A stretch of 51,012 nt of DNA. Source: an uncultured Methanosarcinaceae archaeon. GTDB taxonomy: Archaea; Halobacteriota; Methanosarcinia; Methanosarcinales; Methanosarcinaceae. The notes under the pieces were generated by a model. That model was not told the origin of the DNA and ran no database searches. It saw nothing but the letters and a program-made list of their open reading frames with translations. The translations under genes were made by a program, and so were the position numbers. Below are positions 19,426 to 29,856 of this stretch, piece by piece (position 1 is the first letter of the stretch; every line of letters begins with the position of its first letter). The stretch covers positions 1 to 51,012 of the forward strand of contig CAVRJG010000070.1 of NCBI GenBank assembly GCA_963721455.1, in the 5' to 3' direction.

Positions 19426-20397
19426 CTAATTTTTTCTTCTGCAGAGTCTCAGGGTATGGCAGCGCAGGCTTCCTCCTCCCGCAAGCAGGGCGTCCGGGTG
19501 GAAAGGAATTATCTCAACGCCTTCACTTTCAAGGTTTTTCCTGGTCTTTTGATCGAGCGCAATATCATAGTGAAAGATGGTCCCGCTTTCAAGGGGAACG
19601 AAAGAACAGGCCAGGCGGCTTTGCTCGGAGTCCGAAACGGAGATAATTCTCACGCCTTTCTCCCGCATGAACGCTTTAAAATCGATTCTTTCTCTGGAAT
19701 CTTCCGTAAACAGACAGGTCTCTTCAAATGCAGGTAGATAAGCAAGGGCAAGGTCTTCTCTTATTCTGTTGAAGACAGTATCAGGATGCATGTATCGCCT
19801 GGCTTTCGGAATTCGGACGTAAATAACTTCATTAAACTCGTTCAGGACATTCGAAATAAATTCCCGGATAAAGGGGTAAGTGTGCCTTTCCGTATCAGCT
19901 ACAAAGACCGTTTCTTTTGAGAGCAGGAGGCAGCCTTCGAAGAAGCCCTCTCCTCCGTTGAATTCGCTGAGAATGGGGATTCCCAGGTTATTCAGGGCTT
20001 CCTTTACGACAACCTCTTCTTTTTCCCTTGCAGGCGGGCGCATTCTGGAGAGAATAGCTCCCTTTCCGGAGATAACTGCAGTATCGTGCAGAAAAGTGAG
20101 ATTTGGCATCTTCCTTATCATGTCTATATTTTCGTCCACATTATCTTCAAGCTCATAGACCCTGACGCCGTTTGACTCCAGCAACTCCTGATAACTTCTG
20201 TGCTCTTCGATATATCCGGAAATATCAGGTACCTTATCGTAAAGCCACTGTTTACAGTTCAATTCGTTGACCAGGGTGAGTTCTTCTCCGGGCGTATGCA
20301 CAAGTACGCTTTTCAGTCTCCCCAATTCGTCACAGCCGTAAGCGATATTTAACCTGTCTTTTTCTGCCCGGTTCAATTTATCCATCTGGCAACCCAT
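19426..20397 (-). CDS. Arginine deiminase/amidinotransferase (pentein) family protein
   Basis: ELGRLKSVLVHTPGEEL, MHPDT, C-terminal GGGSLRCHT with the catalytic Cys. Confidence 0.85.
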   Translation of the reverse strand: MGCQMDKLNRAEKDRLNIAYGCDELGRLKSVLVHTPGEELTLVNELNCKQWLYDKVPDISGYIEEHRSYQELLESNGVRVYELEDNVDENIDMIRKMPNLTFLHDTAVISGKGAILSRMRPPAREKEEVVVKEALNNLGIPILSEFNGGEGFFEGCLLLSKETVFVADTERHTYPFIREFISNVLNEFNEVIYVRIPKARRYMHPDTVFNRIREDLALAYLPAFEETCLFTEDSRERIDFKAFMREKGVRIISVSDSEQSRLACSFVPLESGTIFHYDIALDQKTRKNLESEGVEIIPFHPDALLAGGGSLRCHTLRLCRRKN

Positions 20398-20430
20398 ACC
20401 AGGAACCTCCCTTTTTATCCGGTTTTATTC

Positions 20431-21462
20431 TCATATGCGTTTTTTTGCAAGGATTATGGCATTTGCCCTGTCTTCACTCAGGAAAGCCTTAAGGATATCA
20501 AATCCGCAAATATCCAGGAAAGAAGTAATCTGGCCATATGTGTATTTGTAGGTAAAGCCCATGCGGATGATGTCTCCTTCCCTGAAGCCTATGGTTTCCT
20601 GCCCGATTCTCAGTTCAGCATCCTTCAGGATATTCAGGCTCTTCCGGGTCCTGTACAGTGCTCCTATCCTTGAGTCCACATGTGCAAGCAAAAGCTCGAA
20701 ATCGAAATCCTCTGGAGCCATTCCGTAGTGAAGCAGAGGATACATATTGAAGAGGGCATTCTCTCTTGAGGCATATGTGCCCAATACGGATCTCTTTGCA
20801 GACTGTGCCTCTTCGCCTGAATCCCGAGTAGGGAGAAGACTTGCATCGAAGAAAAAAAGGTCTCCCTGCTCAAGATTTTCGCGGACAAGCTGAAGAATGA
20901 ATTCTGGCTCGTAATTGCAAAAGGTATTTCCCAGAATGCAGAAAAGAACCGGAAGATGCCAGTTTTTTTTAAGGATTGCCATATCCTCTATGAAGCCAAC
21001 TATTCCTTTCTTTTCTACAGGCAGGTTTTCTACCTTTTCAAGGGCGATATCTACAAGTTCGCTGTTTATATCGATAGGGTAATAGCGTATAGAAACCTTT
21101 CCGGAGGCGGGTTTTTCAGCCAGGTTTTTCCTTATCAGTTCTTCGAGAAAAATTCTTTCCTTTTCCCCGTTTCCCACCCCAATACTTACAAAACTCATGC
21201 CTGTGGGAATGAATCTCACTATTGATGCAATATTTTTCTCCAGAAGGACTTTGAGCTGTCTGGCTACAGGAAATGCTTCCGACCCGTCAAGTTTCAGCCA
21301 GTTTTTTGCTCCGTCGGCGCTTGAGTAAAGGAGATAATCAGGCAGTTCATGGTTTTTCAGGCTCTCACAGAGTTTTTCTTCTATATCCTTCTTACTGGTA
21401 ATTATTATCTTTTCTTTATTCTCCGAAACCTGCCCCAACCCCACTTTTCCTGTACTGTTCAA
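20431..21462 (-). CDS. EgtD/EasF-like SAM-dependent N-methyltransferase (Methyltransf_33)
   Basis: ELPDYLLY, SIGVGNGEK, YYPIDIN, LGNTFCNY, ALFN, YKY motifs colinear with EgtD. Confidence 0.75.
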   Translation of the reverse strand: MNSTGKVGLGQVSENKEKIIITSKKDIEEKLCESLKNHELPDYLLYSSADGAKNWLKLDGSEAFPVARQLKVLLEKNIASIVRFIPTGMSFVSIGVGNGEKERIFLEELIRKNLAEKPASGKVSIRYYPIDINSELVDIALEKVENLPVEKKGIVGFIEDMAILKKNWHLPVLFCILGNTFCNYEPEFILQLVRENLEQGDLFFFDASLLPTRDSGEEAQSAKRSVLGTYASRENALFNMYPLLHYGMAPEDFDFELLLAHVDSRIGALYRTRKSLNILKDAELRIGQETIGFREGDIIRMGFTYKYTYGQITSFLDICGFDILKAFLSEDRANAIILAKKRI

Positions 21463-21556
21463 TATCTCACCTTATCCTCGAATCACGCAACAGCACGTAC
21501 TTTTTAATAATTTCTCCCGGTTTATTGTCTGAGTTCCGCTTTTTATCATTTTGCCA

Positions 21557-22699
21557 TTATTTGAAACACTGCTGGCACTCCATCCTCAGGGCTTCGAGCG
21601 GGCCAACACCATTGTTTACTCCTACGCTGTAGGCATATCCGCGGCACCCTATGCACTCTTCCATATGTTCGCAGTTCCCGCATTTGCCTTCGAGCACTTT
21701 ATCGATGTTTCGGACATATGTGAAGAGATCGGAGCTGTAAATCTCCCGAAGGCTCATTCTGTTTATATTATAGGGATATTTCCCGCCAACTCTAAGCGCA
21801 GGATGTTCGTCCAGCTTTGTAGGCGCACAGGGCCTGACATTTCCGTCTATGTTGATATACAGGCTGTAGAGGTGCTGAAGGCAGCCACTTGCGGTAATCG
21901 GCGTGTAGGGCAGCCAGTCGTACCCGTAATATTTCCGGTCTATTTCCAGCAGTTTTAATTTGTATTCCTTTATCTCGTCAGCCGTCAGCAGCTTATCCTC
22001 CAGTTCGTCATTTGCCCTGCCTGTCGGTGTGAGAATTTCCATATTGGGAAATATATTGTTTTGCCTGCAGAAGTGCCAGATTTCCTCAATTTCTTCCAGG
22101 TTCATTTTATTACTGACGAATGAGACTCCCAGACGGAGTTCTCCAGATTCTGTCGGCTTTGAAAAGCCTGCATTAATAAGGCTTTCAAGCCCCTTTTTAA
22201 TATCTTCGGAGGCCCCTTCTCTTCCTGCCAGGTAATCCTGAACTTCAGGCTTAAGGGAATCTAGCTTTCCCATTACTGAGGCGTTGTGTTCGTACAGGAA
22301 CCCTGCAAGCTCCTCTGTCATCAAAACAGTATTCGAAAAAAGCATAGGGATTATCCCCAGGGAATCGATATAGGCGATTAAATCCCTGAAATTCGGGTGC
22401 AAGGTCGGCTCTCCTCCCCCTATCACGACCACAGACCTGATCCCGAGTTCCTTTGCTTCCGAAACTATGCGTTTGAGAACATTCAAGTCGGCTATTTTTG
22501 CCGAATCCTCTCCACTCTGTGCATAGCAGTAACGGCAGCGGAGATTGCATGATTTGTTCGTCTCAAGGCGTATGGCTAAAAGTCTGTTTGAGTTTCTAGC
22601 CTCATGAGCTTCCCGTGCCCCGTACATGTATCCCCTCAGTACCGGGGGCGGTGAAAACAGGCTCAATGCATCAAAATCCTTCGGTTCTTCCCCCAACAT
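21557..22699 (-). CDS. Radical SAM/SPASM domain protein
   Basis: CNLRCRYC, GGGEPTL, GC...YINIDGNVRPC, C-terminal KCGNCEHMEECIGCR...CQQC. Confidence 0.92.
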   Translation of the reverse strand: MLGEEPKDFDALSLFSPPPVLRGYMYGAREAHEARNSNRLLAIRLETNKSCNLRCRYCYAQSGEDSAKIADLNVLKRIVSEAKELGIRSVVVIGGGEPTLHPNFRDLIAYIDSLGIIPMLFSNTVLMTEELAGFLYEHNASVMGKLDSLKPEVQDYLAGREGASEDIKKGLESLINAGFSKPTESGELRLGVSFVSNKMNLEEIEEIWHFCRQNNIFPNMEILTPTGRANDELEDKLLTADEIKEYKLKLLEIDRKYYGYDWLPYTPITASGCLQHLYSLYINIDGNVRPCAPTKLDEHPALRVGGKYPYNINRMSLREIYSSDLFTYVRNIDKVLEGKCGNCEHMEECIGCRGYAYSVGVNNGVGPLEALRMECQQCFK

Positions 22700-22898
22700 A
22701 TCAAGAGGTATGGATTCAACTCCTTATCAAGTTGTAAGAAACTAAGTGATACTTTCGAGCACAGCTGGTTGATTTTATTCAAAGTTGCTGCTCTTAACTT
22801 CCCCTTTTTCAAGCCGTTCTTTTCCCTGTTCTTCAAACCTTTTTTCAGGGCTGCCTTTTGTTAAGTTTATTTAGCTTCCTGCCTTATTTTACTCCAGG

Positions 22899-23858
22899 AT
22901 GTTTGAGGAAATCCGGGTTATAAAAGCTCTGAATAAGATAAGGGCAACGAGCGGGATCACACTGCCATACTGCTGGGACCTGAACATCTACAGGGGGTGC
23001 GAACACGGTTGTCATTACTGCTATGCAATGTATTCTCACCGCTATCTGGAAAAAGAAAAAAGAAGTTCCTCTCCAGGGAAAAAATCTCCCGGAGAAGATG
23101 ACTGTGCTTTTTTCCAGAGGATCTGCGTAAAGACCAATATTGCAGAAGCCCTGGAAAAACAGCTGGGAGCAAAATCCTGGAAAAAGGAAGTAATCAATAT
23201 AGGTGGGGTGTGCGATAGCTACCAGCCCGCAGAGGCAAAATACGGGTTGATGCGTAAGGTTCTGGCGCTGATGATCGAATACAGAAATCCGGTTACCATA
23301 TCTACAAAATCGGATCTTATCCTCAGAGATTATGACCTTCTCGAAGAACTTTCTGAACTGACATATGTGAATATTGCAGTTACGGTCACAACAATGGATG
23401 AAAATTTAAGCGCCCTGCTTGAACCTCTCGCTTCTTCTCCGGAAAAACGTTTTTCAGTCCTGCGGGCGTTTAAAGACACAGCCGCCGTTACCGGGCTTCA
23501 TATGATGCCGATCCTTCCTTTTCTTACCGACAGCCCGCAGAACCTCGTGCAAATTCTTTCTCTTGCAGCCGAATGTAAGGTGGACTATGCCCTGCCTGGC
23601 ATTCTTTACCTCAGGGGCGAGACCAGAAAGCATTTTTTCGATTTCCTTGCATGTAACTTTCCCGAACTCCTGGACCCTTACCGCAGATTATATGCAAAAG
23701 GAGGAGCTGACAGAACCTACAAAGCTGAACTTTACGCAACTCTCAAGCCTCTTATGCAAAAATACCATATTTCAGGAGACTACCTGAAACCTATGCAGAC
23801 AAAGCTTTCCCGTTCCAGACAGCTCAAATTAACGGATTTTTCAGGAGATGCCGGTTGA
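22899..23858 (+). CDS. SplB-like radical SAM protein (Rv2578c/PA0069 type, DNA-repair associated)
   Basis: [49 protein letters not shown]; C-terminal QLKLTDF. Confidence 0.88.
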   Translation: MFEEIRVIKALNKIRATSGITLPYCWDLNIYRGCEHGCHYCYAMYSHRYLEKEKRSSSPGKKSPGEDDCAFFQRICVKTNIAEALEKQLGAKSWKKEVINIGGVCDSYQPAEAKYGLMRKVLALMIEYRNPVTISTKSDLILRDYDLLEELSELTYVNIAVTVTTMDENLSALLEPLASSPEKRFSVLRAFKDTAAVTGLHMMPILPFLTDSPQNLVQILSLAAECKVDYALPGILYLRGETRKHFFDFLACNFPELLDPYRRLYAKGGADRTYKAELYATLKPLMQKYHISGDYLKPMQTKLSRSRQLKLTDFSGDAG

Positions 23859-23998
23859 ATTTATTTTTTCAGAATTTCAATCCAGAATCTAAATTTAATT
23901 CAAACAATTTTGAAATCATCGTCTGGCAAGTTTTTCTTTTGTATAATAAAAATAACGTCTTGTTCAATTGAATAAAACAGGCTTTTATTTTTCCAGGT

Positions 23999-24715
23999 TC
24001 AGCATAACTTTTCAAGGGACGCTCTTTCTTCCAGAGTCAAAAAAAGGCAGTTTTCAGCTTTGAAAGCATGGATCAGGGTTTTAAGGTTCTGGAGGGCTTT
24101 TTCTCCAGTATTGAACCTGCAATCCGGGCGTATCGGCGTTTCTGACATGTCCACGAATTCCCAGGGATGGACAAAGAGTACAGGAGCTTTTGCGTGCCTG
24201 AGCAGCGGGAGAAAAAGGGCTGGGGGCAGCCTTAAAAAAGAAGAGGTAATCGTAGCAGGAATCCTGGTTATTTTGCCTTCTACTCTGCTTCTGGGAAAAG
24301 GCGGTTTGTACGCTGCAATGGAGGAATCGTACAGGAAACCCTCTTCTTCCAGGAGTTTTAGATAATCTTTCGGGAACTGGAGGTTCGGAGCCCTGAAGGA
24401 GACAAGCCTCTTCTCAAACTGCCTCAGAACTTTTCCAGCCTGTTTAAGGGCAATTCTGGCTTCTTCCTCTTCCATCCGGTCAAAACGTGCATGGGTATAT
24501 CCATGACAGCCAAGCTCGTGTCCTTCTCCCGGAATTCTATATATCAGGTTCGGATACTGCTCTGCCATCATTCCGGTGACAAAGAATGTGGCCTTTATCC
24601 CTTCGTTTTTGAAGAGGTCCAGCAATTTAGGCAGTCCCTCTTCCATACCTCTCGTACTTGTAAGCATGGGTGGGCAGTCTTCTTCCACATCAACGGTTAT
24701 TGTGATATTTTTCAT
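23999..24715 (-). CDS. Polysaccharide deacetylase (NodB/CE4-like)
   Basis: TVDVEED, ATFFVTG, HELGCHGYTH, FRAP, YDSS, HPWEF. Start at ATG 24715 overlaps the upstream glycosyltransferase gene. Confidence 0.88.
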   Translation of the reverse strand: MKNITITVDVEEDCPPMLTSTRGMEEGLPKLLDLFKNEGIKATFFVTGMMAEQYPNLIYRIPGEGHELGCHGYTHARFDRMEEEEARIALKQAGKVLRQFEKRLVSFRAPNLQFPKDYLKLLEEEGFLYDSSIAAYKPPFPRSRVEGKITRIPATITSSFLRLPPALFLPLLRHAKAPVLFVHPWEFVDMSETPIRPDCRFNTGEKALQNLKTLIHAFKAENCLFLTLEERASLEKLC

Positions 24716-25820
24716 AAATGACACTTGTATATACCTTGCTTGTCTGCTCATATATCCGGTTCCAATCGTAATTTGAAAGCCCCAGGACAGCCTCCCTGGC
24801 AAATGAAGCGCGCAGGGCCGGAGTTTCTATCAGGTTCTGGAGAAGGTATGAAAATTCCTCAACAGTGTCTGCAAGGTAGCCGTTTACGCCGTTCTTGATG
24901 ATATCCGAGACTCCACTATTATTCATTGCCACGACAGGGACATTTTTTGACATTGCTTCCAGGATCGAAACTCCAAAAGCCTCGTTACTGGAGGGAAGGG
25001 CAAAGATATCTGCCTGTTCAAGATATCCCAGCACTTTTTCCCTGGATACTTCCCCTGTAAAATGGAAGTTTCCGGATAAATCGGATTCTCCTACCGTTCT
25101 TTCCAGCTTTTCCCTTAGTGGGCCGTCTCCTATCATTACGAATAGCAAATTTTTATGCTTTTCCAGAAGTGAAGGGGCGAGATCTATAATCTTCTGGACA
25201 CCCTTTTTTTTTGTCATGCGTGCAACCGTGATGATCACAGTCTTTCCTTTCGTATCTACAGGAAGAGAATCTTTGACAACGCTGTCTCCAGAATCAACGC
25301 CATTAAAAATCCGATAAACAGGTTTTGTTGTCATTAGCTTTGAGTCTTTTTCAACTGCCGAACTGACAGCAATTACAGCATCGGTACTTTTTAAAAGCAA
25401 CTTGCCTGCAAGATATAAAAAAAGGCGGTATGGCGTATCTCCCACAAGGGAATGGTTTGTGACTACTACAGGAATTCCAAGTTTCCGGGATGCAAGAAGA
25501 GCACCCATACTGATAGGTGAGTCCAGTCCGTGGCAATTGACAATCTCATAATTCCCGTTTTTCAAAAGATAGTAGAGTTCTTTATACGCATTGGGCATGA
25601 GAAAACGACGCTGCCCGGGAAAAGTTCTGCCTTTGAGTCTTATTACTGAAACCCCATCCCTTATACTGTATTCAGGAACACCAGGATAGCTTCTTGTAAT
25701 AACGCTTACCTCATGGCCGTGCATGCTCAGGGTTTTGGCAAGGGTATGCATCGAATACTCGATTCCTCCAACCTTTGGGAAATACCAGTCACTGATCAGT
25801 GCGATTTTATATTTTCCCAT
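24690..25820 (-). CDS. GT4 glycosyltransferase, PIG-A-like
   Basis: SDWYFPKVGGIE, VVTNHSL, IFNGVD, GDGP, EAFGVSILEAM. Confidence 0.88.
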   Translation of the reverse strand: MGKYKIALISDWYFPKVGGIEYSMHTLAKTLSMHGHEVSVITRSYPGVPEYSIRDGVSVIRLKGRTFPGQRRFLMPNAYKELYYLLKNGNYEIVNCHGLDSPISMGALLASRKLGIPVVVTNHSLVGDTPYRLFLYLAGKLLLKSTDAVIAVSSAVEKDSKLMTTKPVYRIFNGVDSGDSVVKDSLPVDTKGKTVIITVARMTKKKGVQKIIDLAPSLLEKHKNLLFVMIGDGPLREKLERTVGESDLSGNFHFTGEVSREKVLGYLEQADIFALPSSNEAFGVSILEAMSKNVPVVAMNNSGVSDIIKNGVNGYLADTVEEFSYLLQNLIETPALRASFAREAVLGLSNYDWNRIYEQTSKVYTSVIYEKYHNNR

Positions 25821-26770
25821 ATCTTGAACCCTCCATAATAAAACAGGTACAGGAATCCTATCACGCTGCTGAGCCCAAAGGAGATAAAACGCTCGAGAAA
25901 GACGAAGCTACTTGCTGAAGCGAGTGGTAACCCGAAATAGAGAAGGACAGAGATCAGACCTCCTTCAACTATTCCAAGCCCTCCAGGAGTTATTGGCAGG
26001 CTTCCAAGCAGCAGGTATAAAATAGAGACTGTTGCAATCAAATATAGAGAAAGAGGAAGGTTCAGAGCTAAAGCAATCAGCTTAAGACGTATTATATCAA
26101 GAATCCAGACTCCAGAGGATAAAAGAAGAACAGCAATAAAGGATTTGTGAAGCTGTCTCCAATTTTCATAAATATTCTTGAGAAGTGAAGATAACTTTTC
26201 TCGGAAAATCCATATTACTACTCCTGCTGCGAGGAAGACTGAAAGCAATAAATAGGTCGAGCTTAACGTTAGATTATTTTTTATGGGTAAGAATTTGACC
26301 TCCAGCGAGGGGAATGAGTATAGAACATAAATTAATAGCATGGCAATAGGTATTGCTTCAACCAGCCTTTCGAAGAGAATTGACACGAAAGCATGAGTAT
26401 AACTTATTCCGAACCGCTTGTTAACCCAGAGTATCCGGAGTGGTTCGCCTCCCGCCCTGCTTGCCGGAGTTAGATTATTTGCGAATATTCCTCCGAAAAT
26501 AACGGGAACAAGATCCGTGGCCTTAAGATCATAGCCAATACCGGAGAGAACCTGCTGCCAGCGGATTGCGAATAAGTATACACTCAGAACGTAGACTAAG
26601 AATGCCAGAATAAAATAACGTATTCGGGTTTCACTGAGAATTCTCAAGCTTTCCCCAAGAACAGCTACGATATCTGTCCAGTAGATGCGGATCAGAAATA
26701 CTCCTGCTGTGAGCAGTAAAAGGGCTGCTATTAGGGCTGCTATTGCTTTCTTCAAGATTCCCCGGTCCAA
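25796..26770 (-). CDS. UPF0104 / lysylphosphatidylglycerol synthase TM (flippase-like) membrane protein
   Basis: RWQ, NNLTPASRAGGEPLR, ERLVE, PITPGGLGIVE, ERFISF motifs. Confidence 0.88.
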   Translation of the reverse strand: MDRGILKKAIAALIAALLLLTAGVFLIRIYWTDIVAVLGESLRILSETRIRYFILAFLVYVLSVYLFAIRWQQVLSGIGYDLKATDLVPVIFGGIFANNLTPASRAGGEPLRILWVNKRFGISYTHAFVSILFERLVEAIPIAMLLIYVLYSFPSLEVKFLPIKNNLTLSSTYLLLSVFLAAGVVIWIFREKLSSLLKNIYENWRQLHKSFIAVLLLSSGVWILDIIRLKLIALALNLPLSLYLIATVSILYLLLGSLPITPGGLGIVEGGLISVLLYFGLPLASASSFVFLERFISFGLSSVIGFLYLFYYGGFKIWENIKSH

Positions 26771-27497
26771 AAATACACCTTCACAGGAGTTCAGAGTGAC
26801 ATTTTATTGTAAGTGTGGTTTTCCATTAATTAAAATCTGCCTCGATACGAAATTTTCCCTAAATTGAGACCGATTTTAACTCTTGATCTGGCAGTTTTCT
26901 CGATCGAAAAAGGAACACTTTAAAGCGTTCTTTTACATACCCTAAGCTCGTAACTCATCAAAAGATATCTCTCACCTTCTACCCGAATCCCCATTCTATT
27001 TTTAGGCTCTTTTTATATAATACCTGTCATCACTGCCTTTTCTCCGATTCTTCTTTTCTCCTTATCTGCATTTTCCAGAATCTCTTCTCGTCAATCCGCA
27101 TTCAGTTTCTGTCAGATTCTCACTTTTCTTTCTAAAAAAATTAATTAATTTATAATAACACTAATATAATAATAAATCAATTTAGGAAAGGGGAGTTGGG
27201 TATGCCGAACATACATTCAACTGTGGGTTGTAAACTGAGCTTCAAAGATTGGGCTTACAGGAAGCTAAAATTGTTTTTATGCATCTGGTCAGACTTTGTA
27301 TCCTGATTGAATCTGAAGTTCTACTCAGTCAGTATAACTGCTACTTACGTTGAGTTATGTTACCACTCGCCTTCGCTTCCATTAAAAAACTATGAACAGA
27401 TAACCCAAGTTATTAAAACTTCTAAAAATTATGGGTTCCAGTATTACCCAGGTGTACTGGACTTAAAGACCAGGATAAATAGGGAAGGTGCTGTATA

Positions 27498-29633
27498 GTG
27501 GAGAAAAAGAGAGTAGTCGATGAAAAAAGCAAAGACGAGCAATTAGAAATGGTTCGCGAAGACCCTGAACGTGAGTTTTTGACAACAAATCAGGGCGTTA
27601 GAGTCAGCGAGACGGATATCTCACTCAAGGCAGGGGAAAGGGGACCAACGCTGCTTGAAGATTTTCACTTTAGAGAAAAACTGACTCATTTTGACCATGA
27701 ACGAATACCCGAAAGAATTGTTCATGCCCGAGGATCCGGAGCATACGGATATTTCCAGGTATATGAGCCGATGACAGAATATACAAGTGCAAAATTCCTG
27801 CAGGACCCAAACAAGAAAACGCCTGTTTTCGTTAGGTTTTCTACGGTTGTTGGATTCAGGGGATCGGCTGATACTGTCAGAGATGCTCGGGGTTTTGCAA
27901 CAAAGTTCTACACTGAGGACGGGAATTATGATCTTGTCGGCAACAATATTCCCGTCTTCTTTATTCAGGATGCTATCAAGTTCCCTGACCTTGTTCATGC
28001 GATTAAGCCTGAACAGGACAATCAGATACCTCAAGCTTCGGCAGCCCATGATACCTTCTGGGATTTCGTTGCCTGTCACCCCGAAAATGCACATATGATT
28101 ATGTGGGTTCTTTCAGACCGCGCACTCCCCAGGAGTTACAGGATGATGCAGGGCTTTGGGGTTAATACTTTCCGTTTCGTTAATGCGGAAGGCAAGGGGA
28201 GATTTGTAAAGTTTCACTGGAAACCCCTGCTTGGCATTCACTCCCTTGTCTGGGACGAGACTCAGAAGCTAGCAGGAAAAGATCCGGATTTCAACCGCCG
28301 TGACCTCTGGGAAGCAATTGAGATGGGAAACTATCCTGAATATGAGTTCGGGGTGCAGATTCTCGAAGAAGAGGACGAGTTTAAATTTGACTATGATATT
28401 CTTGATCCCACAAAGATCTGGCCCGAAGAGGATGTACCTGTTAAATGGATAGGGAAGATGATCCTTAACCGCAATCCGGACAATTTCTTTGCTGAAACCG
28501 AGCAGGTTGCATTCTGTCCGGCAAACGTAGTTCCAGGGATCGATTTTTCTAACGACCCACTCCTTCAGGGGCGCCTTTTCTCATACCTTGACACACAGCT
28601 AATCCGCCTGGGCGGCCCGAATTTCCATGAAATCCCAATTAACAGGTCGCTGGCACCGATAAGCAATAACCAGAGAGAAGGGTACCACCGCACGACAATA
28701 AACAAAGGCAAGGTTAGCTATTTCCCTAACTCGATCGGAGGAAATCTTCCAAGACCAGCTTCTGCAGAGGAAGGCGGATATGTCCACTATATGGAGAAGG
28801 TGGAGGGCAAAAAGATCCGTTCACGCAGCGAAAAATTCAAAGACTTTTTCAGCCAGGCCAAATTGTTCTGGAACAGCATGTCGGAGCCAGAGAAAAAGCA
28901 CATCGTAGAAGCATTCCATTTTGAGATAGGAAAAGTCAATGATAAGAATATCAGGAAGGCAATTGTTGACATGTTCAACAATGTGGACGGAGATCTTGCA
29001 ATCGAGATTGCAAAGGGAGTGGGTGTCCCTGCTCCTGAGCAGAAAGGAGGATCTCCTGTCACAAAAGAATCTCCAAATGTCAGCCAGGAGCGCTCGGCAC
29101 ATACGGTGAAGAATACCATTAAAACCAGAAAAGTTGCTATCCTTGCTGCGGACGGGTATAATCATACAGATGTCAGCCAGGTGATGCAGGCTTTAGAGGC
29201 TGGTGGAGCAAAAGCCCATATTATCTCTAAACACCAGGGAATGCTAAAAAGCTCAAGCGGAGACGAACTTGAGGTTGATAAAAGCTACGTTACCACCGCG
29301 TCAGTGATGTACGATGCCGTATATGTTCCCGGAGGGAAAGAAAGTATAGACACTCTCAAGATGCAGGGAGATGCAATCCATTTCATCAACGAAGCATTCA
29401 GGCACTGCAAGCCGCTAGGAGCAACCGGCGAGGGAGTTGAGCTGTTTAAGGTTGCGGATCTTCCCGATATAAATTTTGCAGGGCAGAAGTCTGCTGACAA
29501 AGCAGTTTCCGATAAAGGTGTCGTGACTTCCAGAAATAGTAAGAATATAGGGTCTTTTAATGATTCCTTTATTGCCGCAATTGCAAAGCATCGGCACTGG
29601 GATAGGGAAAAGAAGGAGCAGGTCCCAGCCTAA
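27498..29633 (+). CDS. katE: Large-subunit monofunctional catalase (HPII/KatE type) with C-terminal DJ-1-like domain
   Basis: [29 protein letters not shown] heme ligand, [11 protein letters not shown]-terminal domain. Confidence 0.95.
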   Translation: MEKKRVVDEKSKDEQLEMVREDPEREFLTTNQGVRVSETDISLKAGERGPTLLEDFHFREKLTHFDHERIPERIVHARGSGAYGYFQVYEPMTEYTSAKFLQDPNKKTPVFVRFSTVVGFRGSADTVRDARGFATKFYTEDGNYDLVGNNIPVFFIQDAIKFPDLVHAIKPEQDNQIPQASAAHDTFWDFVACHPENAHMIMWVLSDRALPRSYRMMQGFGVNTFRFVNAEGKGRFVKFHWKPLLGIHSLVWDETQKLAGKDPDFNRRDLWEAIEMGNYPEYEFGVQILEEEDEFKFDYDILDPTKIWPEEDVPVKWIGKMILNRNPDNFFAETEQVAFCPANVVPGIDFSNDPLLQGRLFSYLDTQLIRLGGPNFHEIPINRSLAPISNNQREGYHRTTINKGKVSYFPNSIGGNLPRPASAEEGGYVHYMEKVEGKKIRSRSEKFKDFFSQAKLFWNSMSEPEKKHIVEAFHFEIGKVNDKNIRKAIVDMFNNVDGDLAIEIAKGVGVPAPEQKGGSPVTKESPNVSQERSAHTVKNTIKTRKVAILAADGYNHTDVSQVMQALEAGGAKAHIISKHQGMLKSSSGDELEVDKSYVTTASVMYDAVYVPGGKESIDTLKMQGDAIHFINEAFRHCKPLGATGEGVELFKVADLPDINFAGQKSADKAVSDKGVVTSRNSKNIGSFNDSFIAAIAKHRHWDREKKEQVPA

Positions 29634-29856
29634 AACGTTTTTGAGAAGAGAAATACTCTTCTCTTCTTTTTAAAATTACATATATCTTGTTTTCTTTACC
29701 TTCTTCTCCTGCCTTTTTCTATTTGCCCTTATTTCAGTCTCTTTCTATTATCAACAGTATTAAGTCTTCAACTATCTAAAAACGAATTTTACCACAACGT
29801 CTATTGTACTTGATTTTACCCCTAAAATGCGTAAGTCCTAACTAATTTCTATTTCA

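Noticed and set aside
21463-22898. Search for a RiPP precursor peptide flanking the rSAM/SPASM gene
   Set aside because: The intergenic gaps are short (94 and about 200 bp) and I found no convincing small ORF with an RBS; a distant precursor cannot be excluded.
27307-27498. 63-aa ORF overlapping the katE start
   Set aside because: TTG start, no recognisable motif; more likely promoter or leader sequence.
29828-29840. TGCGTAAGTCCT, an 11/12 inverted match to AGTACTTACGCA at about 49744
   Set aside because: Too short and 20 kb apart; possibly ends of a dispersed repeat family, but no partner end could be defined locally.
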